Virus record (IMG/VR): IMGVR_UViG_3300049172_000060
Location: 1 to 46,610 of that record
Reading direction: 5' to 3' (one strand)
Length of the DNA stretch: 46,610 bases
Origin: a virus
Taxonomy: Duplodnaviria; Caudoviricetes
Positions 24,374 through 34,304 of this stretch are shown here, piece by piece. The notes beneath the pieces were generated by a model. The model did not search any database, had not been told where the DNA came from, and saw only the letters and a list, made by a program, of their open reading frames with translations. Position 1 is the stretch's first letter. Each line of letters opens with the position of its first letter. Both the position numbers and the translations under genes were made by a program.

Positions 24374-24506
24374 CTTTATTTGCTCTCCATGCCAAAATGC
24401 AGCTGATACGAAAACAGTTTCATTTCATATTGACTGCTTCGGCTGCGATTGTCAGCATCACCCCGTGGGCACTCGTCAAATCATCAAGAAGGAGTCAAAT
24501 GACTGA
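24363..24506 (+). CDS. small Cys-rich protein
   Basis: MTTSFICSPC...H.DC.GCDCQH. Confidence 0.55.
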   Translation: MTTSFICSPCQNAADTKTVSFHIDCFGCDCQHHPVGTRQIIKKESND

Positions 24507-24939
24507 TCTTAACCCTGAAATCTGGAATAACCCGACCCTTGGCAAGGCTGCTCACAATGAGCGACTGGATCGCCTTGAAAAGCAGCAGCATGAAGACCGT
24601 GCCGCACGACTTGAGAATCGTGAACCGCGCGAAGTTGTCGTAGAGAATGATTACCCTGATTGGACTCCGCAGGTTCAGGAGCGAACGGGCACTGTTCCCT
24701 CAAATGCCGTTGTCGTGCATTTTGCCGACGAGCAGCCGCATGACGTTGTTCAGACCGGCCCCAACATTAAGCCGGAGGGAATGAGTGATGAGGAATGGGC
24801 GGCACAGGAGAATAGTCCCGAATCCGAGGAGGGAGCTGAAGAGCCTTTCGTTTCTTCGGATAACGAAACCCCGACTGACGACAACGAATCGAATGGCCCT
24901 GTCAGCTCTGAGGAAAGTGATTCCACGCAGTGGACGTAA
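24499..24939 (+). CDS. hypothetical acidic protein
   Basis: MTDLNPEIW start after AAGGAG. Confidence 0.75.
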   Translation: MTDLNPEIWNNPTLGKAAHNERLDRLEKQQHEDRAARLENREPREVVVENDYPDWTPQVQERTGTVPSNAVVVHFADEQPHDVVQTGPNIKPEGMSDEEWAAQENSPESEEGAEEPFVSSDNETPTDDNESNGPVSSEESDSTQWT

Positions 24940-25481
24940 CTAACATCGAACCCGTCGATGTCGAAAAGGTGGCTGCGGAAAACCCGCAGTCACGTTTTCG
25001 CATTGTCGAGAATGCGAACCTGAAGCCTGGCGTTTGTGCTCTTTGTGGAAGCGCAGGAGGTGATGGCCGCCAATTCATTGATTTCGGCAAGACGATGGAA
25101 TGGTATGGCGTCGTTTACTTCTGCACTTTCTGCGTTGGCGAAGCTGCTCACCTTTTGGGTCTCGGTAACGTTTTGACTCTGAAGGAAATGCTTTCGGACC
25201 AAAGCGAACGCTACCAAACAGCCCTTTATGAAAATGCTGAACTTCAGGAGCAGCTAAATGCAGCTCGTATTCTACTTCGCAATTGCCATTGTGGCGATGA
25301 CGTCGCTGTCCCTGTCGGCGATGTGGTTGATGTGGAAGCAATTGAAGAGCCAGAATCAGACGATCCAGACTCTGACGAACCTGGCGGCGGCGAGGGATCT
25401 GACGACATTCCAGAGTCTCCAGCGGACGACGAATCAAATCCCCCAAAGCGAAGTAGTCGAGCCCGTAAGTCCACTGAATGA
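24930..25481 (+). CDS. hypothetical protein (zinc ribbon, coiled coil, acidic tail)
   Basis: CALC...YFCTFC. Confidence 0.7.
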   Translation: MDVTNIEPVDVEKVAAENPQSRFRIVENANLKPGVCALCGSAGGDGRQFIDFGKTMEWYGVVYFCTFCVGEAAHLLGLGNVLTLKEMLSDQSERYQTALYENAELQEQLNAARILLRNCHCGDDVAVPVGDVVDVEAIEEPESDDPDSDEPGGGEGSDDIPESPADDESNPPKRSSRARKSTE

Positions 25482-25596
25482 TGAAGCCGCAGCAATGGCG
25501 CTAGCCGAACATTACCGTTCAAAGGGCATGGACCCGTCTATGGCCTACGCTAAAGATGACGACGTAGATTTTCTCGGCGAATTCGGCCTTAAGTAA
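25258..25596 (+). CDS. membrane-anchored protein overlapping the previous gene
   Basis: CAGGAG RBS, N-terminal TM, stop 15 bp before the portal start. Confidence 0.6.
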   Translation: MQLVFYFAIAIVAMTSLSLSAMWLMWKQLKSQNQTIQTLTNLAAARDLTTFQSLQRTTNQIPQSEVVEPVSPLNDEAAAMALAEHYRSKGMDPSMAYAKDDDVDFLGEFGLK

Positions 25597-25610
25597 TTAA
25601 GAGGAGGTGA

Positions 25611-27866
25611 ATGGCAACATCTTCAGTTGTACCCGGGGCAAACACTGAGCCGTATTCCACTGAGCAGCTTTCGGAACTCGCAAGCCGTTCAAAGCAAAAG
25701 GATTTCGAGAACAGGGTAATTTCCTGGACAAAGTCAGCTCACCTCCGATGCCGGACGACTCGTCAGCAAATTGAACGCCAGTGGTATTTGAACTTGGCGT
25801 TTTACGCAGGGAAGCAAAATGTTCAGCTTGTACCTACGTCGAATTCTAGTGGTTCTAACGTTGGCGTTCGGCTATACATTCCCCCCGCTCCATACTATCG
25901 TTCTCGCCCTGTTGTCAATCGCATTCGTCCAATCATTCGTACGGAACTATCCAAACTGACGGCTCAAAAGCCAACGGCCACGGTGGTTCCCGCGACAAGC
26001 GAAGATTCGGATCTTTCTGCTGCTCAGGCCGCCGAGCAGATTTGGAATTCGATTTACTGGGAAAAGAAGATTCGAAGCATTTTCAGGCAGTCGATGCTTT
26101 GGACTCTTTGTTGCGGTACAGGCTTCATGAAGGTGTATTGGGATCCGAAAAAGAAGAGTTCCCAGTATAAAGACTTTTCGCCTGAAGAAAAAATGATGCT
26201 GTCAGCTATGCCTGGCGCACCAAAAGAAAAGCCTGCCGACGGCGACTTTTGCTTTGAGAGTGTAACGCCATTTCACATTCTTGTGCCTGACATGCTTCAA
26301 GAAGAAATTGAAGACCAGCCGTATGTGATTCAGGTGCAGACGCGAACCCCTGAATGGGTCAAGCTAAATTACGGTCTGAATATCCCCCCCAATGTCATGG
26401 AAGCAACTGACATTCTCAATGACAGCTTCCTGAATCTTGTTGGGGCAGGCGAATTCCGCAAGGACTCAATTCTTTGCTATGAGGTTTGGGTCAAGCCCGG
26501 CAATGTTGAATTCATGCCCAATGGTGGAATGTTCACCATCATTGGCGACAAGCTGGTTCAATTCGTCGAAGGCAACCCGTACATTCATCAGCAGTACCCG
26601 TTCGCGAAGATCCCCCACATTCCCACGGGTCGCTTTTATGCCGATAGCGTCATTGCTGACCTGATCCCAATTCAGCGTGAATACAATCGGACGCGTGGTC
26701 AGATCGTGGAAGCCAAGAACAAAATGGCTCACCCGCAATTGATGGCTGCCAAGGGTTCGATTGTTGCGTCAAAGATTTCGACCGAACCCGGTCAGGTTAT
26801 CGAATATGAATTGGGCTACCCGACACCCGAGCCTTTGCCTCTTCAGGGATTGCCTGCATATGTTTTGCAAGAGCTTGATCGCTCCCTTATGGATTTTGAA
26901 GACATCTCGGGTCAGCATCAGGTTTCAAAGGGTCAGGTTCCTTCTGGCGTTACTGCTGCGACTGCAATTAACTTCTTGCAGGAGCAGGACGAATCAATGC
27001 TTTCGGTTACGCATGAAGGCATTGAGGAAGCTTTCCAAAAGCTCGGTTACCAAACGCTTTGCTATGTGAAGCAGTATTGGGATTTGCCGCGTCAGGTAAA
27101 GGTCACGGGCAAGGATGGCTTTTACAATGTCATTAGTTTTCGCGGTTCTGATTTGCGCGACAATACTGACATTCGCATTGAGGCTGGAAGTTCGCTGCCG
27201 ACGTCAAAGGCAGCCAAGCAAGCATTCCTGATGGACATGATGACTCAAGGTTTCATCCCCCCTGAAAAGGGACTTGAGCTCATGGACATGGGTGGCGTAC
27301 AACGCCTCTATGAGGAAATTCAGGTTGATGCTGCTCAAGCTTCGCGCGAAAATATGCGAATGGCTGCGGTAACGCAGGAGCAAATGTCGCAGTACGCTTT
27401 GACGTTTGTTCCTAAGGACCCAATGACGGGCCAGCCGAATCCTGAAATGGGTTTGATTGACCCCAATACCGGTCAGCCTTTGCAGGACATGGCTGGCAAC
27501 CCTACTGAGCCGCCACTTATTGTTCCAGTCAATTCGTATGACGCACATCAGGTTCACATTCAAATTCACAATACTTATCGCAAGTCTCAGGAATTTGAAC
27601 AGCTCCCCCAGGAAACTAAGAACCTTTTTGAGCAGCATGTGAATCAGCACATGATGGCACTCGGAATGATTCCTGGGCAGCCTGCTCCTCAACAGGGGCA
27701 AAATGCTGTAACATCTGGTGGAATGGAACAGGGCCAGGCTCCAGAGGAAATGCTTCAGCAGATTGTTGCTGGAGGCGGATCTCCTGAAGGAATGCCTGCT
27801 GAAATGCCAACAGAGGGAGGTGTGCAAAGTGGCCCAGAAGCAAATGGGGACGTTCCCCAGCTCTAA
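25611..27866 (+). CDS. portal protein
   Basis: 751 aa after terminase; VVNRIRPII...KLT, LIPIQREYNR, ISGQHQVSKG..PSGVTAATAI P22-like portal motifs. Confidence 0.88.
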   Translation: MATSSVVPGANTEPYSTEQLSELASRSKQKDFENRVISWTKSAHLRCRTTRQQIERQWYLNLAFYAGKQNVQLVPTSNSSGSNVGVRLYIPPAPYYRSRPVVNRIRPIIRTELSKLTAQKPTATVVPATSEDSDLSAAQAAEQIWNSIYWEKKIRSIFRQSMLWTLCCGTGFMKVYWDPKKKSSQYKDFSPEEKMMLSAMPGAPKEKPADGDFCFESVTPFHILVPDMLQEEIEDQPYVIQVQTRTPEWVKLNYGLNIPPNVMEATDILNDSFLNLVGAGEFRKDSILCYEVWVKPGNVEFMPNGGMFTIIGDKLVQFVEGNPYIHQQYPFAKIPHIPTGRFYADSVIADLIPIQREYNRTRGQIVEAKNKMAHPQLMAAKGSIVASKISTEPGQVIEYELGYPTPEPLPLQGLPAYVLQELDRSLMDFEDISGQHQVSKGQVPSGVTAATAINFLQEQDESMLSVTHEGIEEAFQKLGYQTLCYVKQYWDLPRQVKVTGKDGFYNVISFRGSDLRDNTDIRIEAGSSLPTSKAAKQAFLMDMMTQGFIPPEKGLELMDMGGVQRLYEEIQVDAAQASRENMRMAAVTQEQMSQYALTFVPKDPMTGQPNPEMGLIDPNTGQPLQDMAGNPTEPPLIVPVNSYDAHQVHIQIHNTYRKSQEFEQLPQETKNLFEQHVNQHMMALGMIPGQPAPQQGQNAVTSGGMEQGQAPEEMLQQIVAGGGSPEGMPAEMPTEGGVQSGPEANGDVPQL

Positions 27867-28107
27867 GTTTCCGAATTCGCTTCGAGCTATCGAAACGGGT
27901 TCTTCGACCGCTGGTCTTTCCAGCCCGGGAACTTTCAGTAACCTGACCGGACTTCGAAATGCTCTTTCGACGTTCGACGCTTTCACTTACACTACTGCCG
28001 TACTGGACCAGATGACGGTAAACGACATGATTTTCGCTTACCGTAACATTGGTGATCCGACGACAATTGCAAATTACATTCCTGCGCAGACTGCTCGGGT
28101 TTCGTAA
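27844..28107 (+). CDS. hypothetical structural protein
   Basis: MGTFPSSKFP start; LDQMTVNDMIFAYR. Confidence 0.65.
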   Translation: MGTFPSSKFPNSLRAIETGSSTAGLSSPGTFSNLTGLRNALSTFDAFTYTTAVLDQMTVNDMIFAYRNIGDPTTIANYIPAQTARVS

Positions 28108-28334
28108 TGGCGGGAGATTCGGGAGGCGCAACAATGGCCTCCCAATCTTCAATACTCAAAGAGATTTACGAGAAGAAAGGTAAAGGGATGCAGAACAACA
28201 TGGGGCAGCTCCCAAAGAAGGGCGTCCCAGCTTTCATGAAGAACAGGCAGAATGACCGGCCCGACCCAAAGATGGACGCTCGAAAGAAGGTAGCCGCAAA
28301 GCGTCTGGAGCAGCTTAAGAGCAAGGGGAAGTGA
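28107..28334 (+). CDS. small basic protein
   Basis: K-rich coupled ORF. Confidence 0.6.
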   Translation: MAGDSGGATMASQSSILKEIYEKKGKGMQNNMGQLPKKGVPAFMKNRQNDRPDPKMDARKKVAAKRLEQLKSKGK

Positions 28335-28335
28335 A

Positions 28336-28587
28336 ATGCATCAGTCGCATGAGCGTGTGAGTAATGATTTTAATTTTCACCCTGCGACTGATATGACAGC
28401 TGAGATACACCAGGCGACGCGAGCCAACTTTGCTCAGCTTGCACATTGGGTAATAGACAATGTGCCCAAGGGCTTGGCTCGGGAACAATGCGTCATTCGA
28501 CTCCGTGAAGCAATGTTCTGGGCAAATGGTGCAATCGCTTGTGACAGTAGTCCGCCAGAGGTTGTGCTGCGCGAGACAGGGCAGTAA
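28336..28587 (+). CDS. Acb2/Tad1-like helical-hairpin protein (candidate signal sponge)
   Basis: F.FHP......H...R..F..LA.......P....RE......L.EAMFWANGAIA pattern. Confidence 0.6.
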   Translation: MHQSHERVSNDFNFHPATDMTAEIHQATRANFAQLAHWVIDNVPKGLAREQCVIRLREAMFWANGAIACDSSPPEVVLRETGQ

Positions 28588-28606
28588 CTTGTAAACGGGT
28601 CTAGGG

Positions 28607-28681
28607 CCTCTTGAGGTCCCACCCTCAGACGCAGTCAATCGTGTGGCGACTGTTGAATGGTCTGAGGGTGGGTCTTTGAGG
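28607..28681 (+). promoter_or_regulatory. long leader hairpin upstream of the scaffold gene
   Basis: perfect CCCACCCTCAGAC/GTCTGAGGGTGGG plus flanking pairs. Confidence 0.5.
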
Positions 28682-28704
28682 GTACGGGCCAGAAAAGGGG
28701 AAAA

Positions 28705-29505
28705 ATGGGAACGCCAATTGAAGATGGATCGGTACAGGGCGATATTGGTGCCGAAAATGGTGCCGAAGCTCCAGGGCCAAATCCAGCTTGGAATGACGTT
28801 CTGAGCGTACTGCCGGAACAGTTTCACGAGGCAGTGACTCCACATTTTCAGAAGTGGGATCAATCGGCTCAGCAGCGAATTGAACAGGCGAACTCGCAAA
28901 TTAGCCAGTTCGAACCTTTCAAGCCGTTTGTTGAGAACGGGATTTCCCCTGAAGATTTGGAGCAGGGGATTCAGCTCATGTATCACATGAATACGAATCC
29001 CCAGGCTGTTTACCAGGCACTCGCAGAAGCTCACGGTTTTGGTGCAAACCAAATCGAGAGTGAGGAGACCGAGGAAGAGGAAGACGGTTTCCAGGACCCG
29101 CGCTTTGAGCAATTCCAGTCCGAGCAAGCTCAGCTTCGCGAAGGTCTGGATCTAGTCGCTCAGACAATTCTTCAACAGAAGCAGCGTGAAACTGAAGCCG
29201 AAGCAGAGGCTGAAATTGACGCTGAAATGAAGGCTCTGAGTGAAAAGCATCCAGGCATTTCTGAAGAGTTCGCACTTTCGCTGATGCTGAATGGCTTCGA
29301 TGCCAATCAGATTGGTGAAAGGTGGGCTGCAATGACTCAAGGCATCCTTTCGTCGAACCCCCGCCCATTTGCCCCCACGGTAATGGGAAGTTCGTCGGGA
29401 GGAACGGGTCTCCCTTCTCAGGCAATTGACCCGAAGACGCTTGGCGACAAGGAAACTCGAAACCTCGTGGTTCAGATGTTGAATGCCGCTAATCGCGAAT
29501 CTTAA
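28705..29505 (+). CDS. capsid scaffolding protein
   Basis: acidic helical protein directly upstream of the major capsid gene. Confidence 0.75.
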   Translation: MGTPIEDGSVQGDIGAENGAEAPGPNPAWNDVLSVLPEQFHEAVTPHFQKWDQSAQQRIEQANSQISQFEPFKPFVENGISPEDLEQGIQLMYHMNTNPQAVYQALAEAHGFGANQIESEETEEEEDGFQDPRFEQFQSEQAQLREGLDLVAQTILQQKQRETEAEAEAEIDAEMKALSEKHPGISEEFALSLMLNGFDANQIGERWAAMTQGILSSNPRPFAPTVMGSSSGGTGLPSQAIDPKTLGDKETRNLVVQMLNAANRES

Positions 29506-29516
29506 ATTGGAGGTCC

Positions 29517-30704
29517 GTGGGGGCAACTCTCACGACAGCAACAAACATTCTTAAGGAAATCTACGAGCCCAAGATTCAGGATCAGCTTCAGAATGAGCTG
29601 ACGACTTCCAAGAGGCTTGAAAGCACTTCGGAGGGTGTCACTTCTGAAGTTGGTGGCAAGTATGTCGTGTTTCCGATTCACGTTAGGCGTAACCACGGAA
29701 TCGGTGCCCGACTTGAAATGGAGCAGCTCCCCACTGCTCAGAATCAGGGTTACGCGTCTGCGCGAGTTGGTCTCGCTTACCTTTACGGTGCGGTGCGTCT
29801 TTCCGGTCAGACCATGGAACTGGCAAAGACGAATGCTCAGGCTTTCGCTTCGGTACTCGACCAGGAAATGAGTGGCCTTCGCGAAGATGTTGCGAAGGAC
29901 ATGAACCGGCAGGTATTTGGAACTTCCGTCGGTGTTCTCATGACCACGTCTGCCGCTTACGCGGTAAACACTCTTACTTCGACGAATACGCAGTACATGG
30001 AAGTCGGCATGATTGTCGACATTTATGATTCTACTGGCGTTACACAGCGAGCAACTGGTCGAACTGTTACGGCGGTAACTCCGACCACAATTGTTGTTGA
30101 TGGCGCTGCAATTGCTACGGGTGCTTCTGGTGACATTGTCGTTCGCCAGGGAAACCTTAACCGTGAGACAATTGGTCTTCAGCAGATTGTTTCCGATACC
30201 GGTGTGCTTTACAACATTGACCCCGCTGTTGAGGCAAAATGGAAGTCGGTTGTAAATGCCAATGGTGGCGTGAACCGTGCAATGTCTGAGTCGCTCATGA
30301 TTAAGATGGTCGACGACATTCGGGCCAATGGTGGAAAGACTACCCTCATTTCGACCACCATGGGTGTTCGTCGGTCGTATTTCAACCTGCTTGTTCAGCA
30401 GCGCGAATACCACAACACCACTCAGTTTGAGGGCGGTTTCACCGGACTCAAGTTCACCACTGACAATGGTGAAATCCCGGTCATTTCTGACTTCGACTGC
30501 CAGCCCAACCGAATGTACTTCATTAATGAGAAGGCGCTGAAGTACTATCGCGAAAGCGATTGGTCGTTCATGGACCGCGACGGTTCAAAGTGGCAGCGTG
30601 TCATTGGTTTTGATGCCTACGATGCAACGCTTTACACTTATCGTCAGCTTGGTTGTCACCGGCGTAATTCGCAGGGCGTTGTGCGTGACGTGACGGAGAG
30701 CTAA
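29517..30704 (+). CDS. major capsid protein
   Basis: 395 aa; ILKEIYEPKIQDQL, G.G.R.E...LP, DVAKDMNRQVFG HK97-type pattern; followed by a terminator. Confidence 0.9.
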   Translation: MGATLTTATNILKEIYEPKIQDQLQNELTTSKRLESTSEGVTSEVGGKYVVFPIHVRRNHGIGARLEMEQLPTAQNQGYASARVGLAYLYGAVRLSGQTMELAKTNAQAFASVLDQEMSGLREDVAKDMNRQVFGTSVGVLMTTSAAYAVNTLTSTNTQYMEVGMIVDIYDSTGVTQRATGRTVTAVTPTTIVVDGAAIATGASGDIVVRQGNLNRETIGLQQIVSDTGVLYNIDPAVEAKWKSVVNANGGVNRAMSESLMIKMVDDIRANGGKTTLISTTMGVRRSYFNLLVQQREYHNTTQFEGGFTGLKFTTDNGEIPVISDFDCQPNRMYFINEKALKYYRESDWSFMDRDGSKWQRVIGFDAYDATLYTYRQLGCHRRNSQGVVRDVTES

Positions 30705-30725
30705 ACTGGCTTTGCGTCGGTTGAT

Positions 30726-30763
30726 GGGGCGGTTGTGGGAGAATTCCCCATAGCCGCCCCTTT
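30726..30763 (+). terminator. intrinsic terminator after the capsid gene
   Basis: GGGGCGGTTGTGGG...CCCATAGCCGCCCC followed by TTT. Confidence 0.75.
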
Positions 30764-30781
30764 AATTGTATCTGGAGGAAA

Positions 30782-31228
30782 ATGGCAGACAGTTTGAATG
30801 ACCTTCTTTACAAGTATTACAGTGCAGTTGTTACCGGGGCTGGCTCAATATTTGGAGCCATCAATGTTTCGCGTGCTGCTGTTGGGGTTGAAGCAACAAC
30901 ATCCGTGACTGCATATGGCGCAGATGACGATGCGGCGGCAGCGGCAACAATTGCAGCCACTCCAGATCTTTCGGCCGGAACGTGGGAAGTTAACGTTTAC
31001 ACTTTGGCCACTGGAACGGTTTCCGACACTGAAGCCGGAAACATGAAGTTTCACATTGGCGCCACTCCGGTAGCTACAATTCTGACCCCAATTGACACGA
31101 GCACAGGTCATTTGCAGATCAGGGTAAACCTTGCTGCAACTGCACCGGTTTCGGTTCGGGCTGCCGCAACTGCCACAGTTGGCTCAAAGTATCATGCTTC
31201 AATTGTTGCTTCGAAGATTGGCTATTAA
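30782..31228 (+). CDS. putative capsid decoration / minor structural protein
   Basis: A/T-rich beta protein after the major capsid gene. Confidence 0.55.
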   Translation: MADSLNDLLYKYYSAVVTGAGSIFGAINVSRAAVGVEATTSVTAYGADDDAAAAATIAATPDLSAGTWEVNVYTLATGTVSDTEAGNMKFHIGATPVATILTPIDTSTGHLQIRVNLAATAPVSVRAAATATVGSKYHASIVASKIGY

Positions 31229-31717
31229 GTGGACCTGACAGACGACGGTCACATTTACTTCCCTTCAAATGATGGGAAGACGTGGATTTCAGAAAAGCAG
31301 CGCAGGATCAATGAAATCCTTCAGGATTATGATCCGAAGCTTCAGCTTCAATGGATCCCCCCTGGTCGTCGCAATGAGAAGGACGAGCCTTTCAGAGTCG
31401 TTTGTTTTCCACCTAATGGCCATGCATATCTCATTTGCACGGCAATGGAAGCAGACGAACGCCTTTTGGCTACCGTCTTTCAATCCGACCAAAAGAAGCG
31501 CACTGGTAATCTCCTTTCCTGGATTGACAATTACAACAGTGCGCGCGAAATTTACAACGCCAAGGTCAATCACGAGCGCCGCCAAGAGCAGCGTGAAATA
31601 GCGGTATCTGCAATTCGAAACAACAAGAGCTCCTACAAGGTTCACAATCATCGAGGGGAGTTGATTGACCTTGAACGTATCGGACGTCGCGACTCGGGTA
31701 CGACGTACATTTGGTGA
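31229..31717 (+). CDS. hypothetical protein
   Basis: 162-aa ORF in the structural operon. Confidence 0.7.
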   Translation: MDLTDDGHIYFPSNDGKTWISEKQRRINEILQDYDPKLQLQWIPPGRRNEKDEPFRVVCFPPNGHAYLICTAMEADERLLATVFQSDQKKRTGNLLSWIDNYNSAREIYNAKVNHERRQEQREIAVSAIRNNKSSYKVHNHRGELIDLERIGRRDSGTTYIW

Positions 31718-32348
31718 TGATGCTGGCGTTCAGGTAACTGATGCCGACATTTTCCACTGGATCAATGACGCACAGCTTCAGATTTCAGTTGATAATGAAG
31801 AGCTTCTTGAAACTGTGGCTACGGCTGACATTGTATCTGGGCAGGCAGATTATTCAACGCCTACCGATATGAATGTTCTCCGTTCTCTCATGGTGAAGAA
31901 CTTCAAAGTCAAGGGTCTGAGTTTTGCGGACTTTAACGAATACCTTGACGGTTTTAAGGCTCCTGTTTCACAAGGTGGTTTTGGGCCTGGTCGACCCGAA
32001 GTGTACATGCTTTACGGCGGAACCATCACTTTGTTTCCAACGCCTAACGAAGACATCACCGACGGGCTTCGAATTTACTATTCGAAGCACCCTGCAAGCG
32101 TCGGCAATTTGGCGGATGGGCTTGGAGTGCCTGACCGGTATCACAATTCAGTCGTTGAGTATTGTTTGCAGCGCGCATATGAAATGGATGAGAATCCTGA
32201 TATGGCCGCGTACAAGAAGGGTGAATTCTCAGCTCAGATCCAAAAGCTGAAGAATCAGGAAAAGAAGTCGCAGACCGAATTGTACCCTACCATTACAACG
32301 CTCCCCCAGGACGACATGTACTTGGATGCTGGTGGGTTCTATGGCTAA
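31665..32348 (+). CDS. head-to-tail adaptor (tail tubular A-like)
   Basis: VRRTFGD...WINDAQ...G..DY..P.D...ITLFPTP...YY..P...VP.RYH..VV.YC adaptor pattern. Confidence 0.7.
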   Translation: MTLNVSDVATRVRRTFGDDAGVQVTDADIFHWINDAQLQISVDNEELLETVATADIVSGQADYSTPTDMNVLRSLMVKNFKVKGLSFADFNEYLDGFKAPVSQGGFGPGRPEVYMLYGGTITLFPTPNEDITDGLRIYYSKHPASVGNLADGLGVPDRYHNSVVEYCLQRAYEMDENPDMAAYKKGEFSAQIQKLKNQEKKSQTELYPTITTLPQDDMYLDAGGFYG

Positions 32349-34035
32349 AAGTCCAGTACAAGAATTGAAGATTGGCCCCTATTCGGGTGGGATCAATACC
32401 TATTCGGACATGTCCGCCATCAATGATGATGAAATGGTGGACTGCGCCAACTTTGACATTGACCTCGATGGCTCGCTGAAGAGTCGTCCACCGTGGAAAT
32501 TGCTTTACGGTTCTTCGACGACAATCACAACTGGCACACTTCCGCCCGAAAGCCACCAGCTTATCTTGGGGTCATTCGTTTATGAGGGTGTCCAGTTCAT
32601 TATCTTCAATTCGTGCCACAGCGGAGTTTTCGCAGCCTGGGTTTACTTCCTCGGTGGTGTCAATGATGGCACAATCCAAAAGATTGCCGATGGAACTTAT
32701 CAGGCAGCAATTCGTTACGCCGACGACATTTACCTTGCCCCCGGCCCTGAAGGCGGAAGTGCCTCACTCGGTACCGGCCAAAAATACAGCCTCAATGACG
32801 GATTGGTCACTGCGCTGCCGAACATGCCGCGCGGGTATGCTGCGTGCGTATACAAGGACCGTCTATGGATTTCAGGGCGTCGAGGGATTGCGAATAGCTC
32901 TCGCGTCTTTTTCTCAAACCTTGCGGTTTTTGGAACATTTTCGGGGTCTGATTTCTTCGACATCAACCCAGGTGACGGAGATGCCGTCAATGAGCTTTTG
33001 ACTTACCAGGACAACCTGGTCGTCATGAAGGACAATAAAAGCTACGTCCTCACATATGACCAGGGTCCGCCCCAAGCTGTTTTGCAGAAGATTAGCGAAA
33101 CAATTGGCGTCATGGGGCGTAATTGTGCTGTAGCATATGAGAATTCAATTTTCATGCTTCAGTACAATGAAGTCTACGAAATGACCAACTACACGTTCAC
33201 GCGCGTATCGGTCAAAATTCCATTCGAGTACGACCACACCACACCATTTGAGGGTCAAACCTCAACGGTTGACGAATGGTGGAAATTTGCCCAATCACTT
33301 TCACTTGTGGGAGACCGACTTTACGCACGGTTCTTCAATCGACTCTATGTTTATCACCTTCGACTTCGGGCCTGGACGAGGTACGAAAGTGACGATGAAA
33401 GTATTCACTACATCGGGAAAGCAGTACGACTCGACAATACAAACACGGATCTCAATAGGGGGTATGAAAGCTACGTCGCTGCAAGCGCTTTGGCAAAAGT
33501 CACTGACCCGGCAGGATTCGGAACCTCCGGGGCCTGGAAAGCGTACCTGAAGCTTTACATTATGGAAGACCGTTACGAAGACACCATTCAAGAGAACGGT
33601 GCAATTGTAGCGGCGCCAGTCGATATCAAATGTTCTATGGCAACCAAAGCCTATGACGTTGGCCTTTCGCATAGGTTCAAAAGGCTCATGCATTGGGGCA
33701 TTGACTGCATCACCGGACGCGACGTCACCGGAACTTTGTACCCGTTTACCATTGCTTACAAAGTGACGTGGGGCGAATTGCATTTGTACAAATGGAGCCA
33801 GCTCAATACGTGGGGTTACCCATTGTTTGCCATTCCTGAAATTGTTGTTTCGCAACCTCAGGGTGCAGGTTTGGCACGTCGTTACATTCGTTTTGGTCGG
33901 TCACTTCGCTTTAGGCTCATTCAGTTCCAAGTTCAAATGCTGACGACTGGTAATTCGTCTGATGGTCCTGCTAGACTTTACTCCATCACAGCATTTATTG
34001 CGTCGAAGCAACTTACGCCAGAGGCGGTGAACTAA
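32341..34035 (+). CDS. tail nozzle / tail tubular B-like protein
   Basis: GGIN...NFDID.DGSLKSRP, YKDRLW, RVFFS beta-propeller pattern of podovirus nozzles. Confidence 0.7.
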   Translation: MAKSPVQELKIGPYSGGINTYSDMSAINDDEMVDCANFDIDLDGSLKSRPPWKLLYGSSTTITTGTLPPESHQLILGSFVYEGVQFIIFNSCHSGVFAAWVYFLGGVNDGTIQKIADGTYQAAIRYADDIYLAPGPEGGSASLGTGQKYSLNDGLVTALPNMPRGYAACVYKDRLWISGRRGIANSSRVFFSNLAVFGTFSGSDFFDINPGDGDAVNELLTYQDNLVVMKDNKSYVLTYDQGPPQAVLQKISETIGVMGRNCAVAYENSIFMLQYNEVYEMTNYTFTRVSVKIPFEYDHTTPFEGQTSTVDEWWKFAQSLSLVGDRLYARFFNRLYVYHLRLRAWTRYESDDESIHYIGKAVRLDNTNTDLNRGYESYVAASALAKVTDPAGFGTSGAWKAYLKLYIMEDRYEDTIQENGAIVAAPVDIKCSMATKAYDVGLSHRFKRLMHWGIDCITGRDVTGTLYPFTIAYKVTWGELHLYKWSQLNTWGYPLFAIPEIVVSQPQGAGLARRYIRFGRSLRFRLIQFQVQMLTTGNSSDGPARLYSITAFIASKQLTPEAVN

Positions 34036-34304
34036 TGGATTGGTTTGGCAACCAAAGGGTTCCCGACAAGCCACCTGGCTTTCGTGGCTTCAACAAATAC
34101 GCCGCTGGTCGCAAAGTTTACGGTGGCGGACGCTCAATGCCAAACATTGGGCCCATGGGTGGACAGGGTCAAGCTGGCTACAATGAGCGCGATAACAAAG
34201 CAGCGGCACGCAAAAAGGTAATGCTGAAGAGGCTTCAAGGGCAAATGTCCGGAAGCCCCATGAACCCAAAGATTTTGACGGCAGATTGGAAGGGGGGATA
34301 CTAA
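34035..34304 (+). CDS. small basic virion protein
   Basis: FNKYAAGRKVYGGGRSMPN.G; coupled ORF. Confidence 0.65.
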   Translation: MDWFGNQRVPDKPPGFRGFNKYAAGRKVYGGGRSMPNIGPMGGQGQAGYNERDNKAAARKKVMLKRLQGQMSGSPMNPKILTADWKGGY

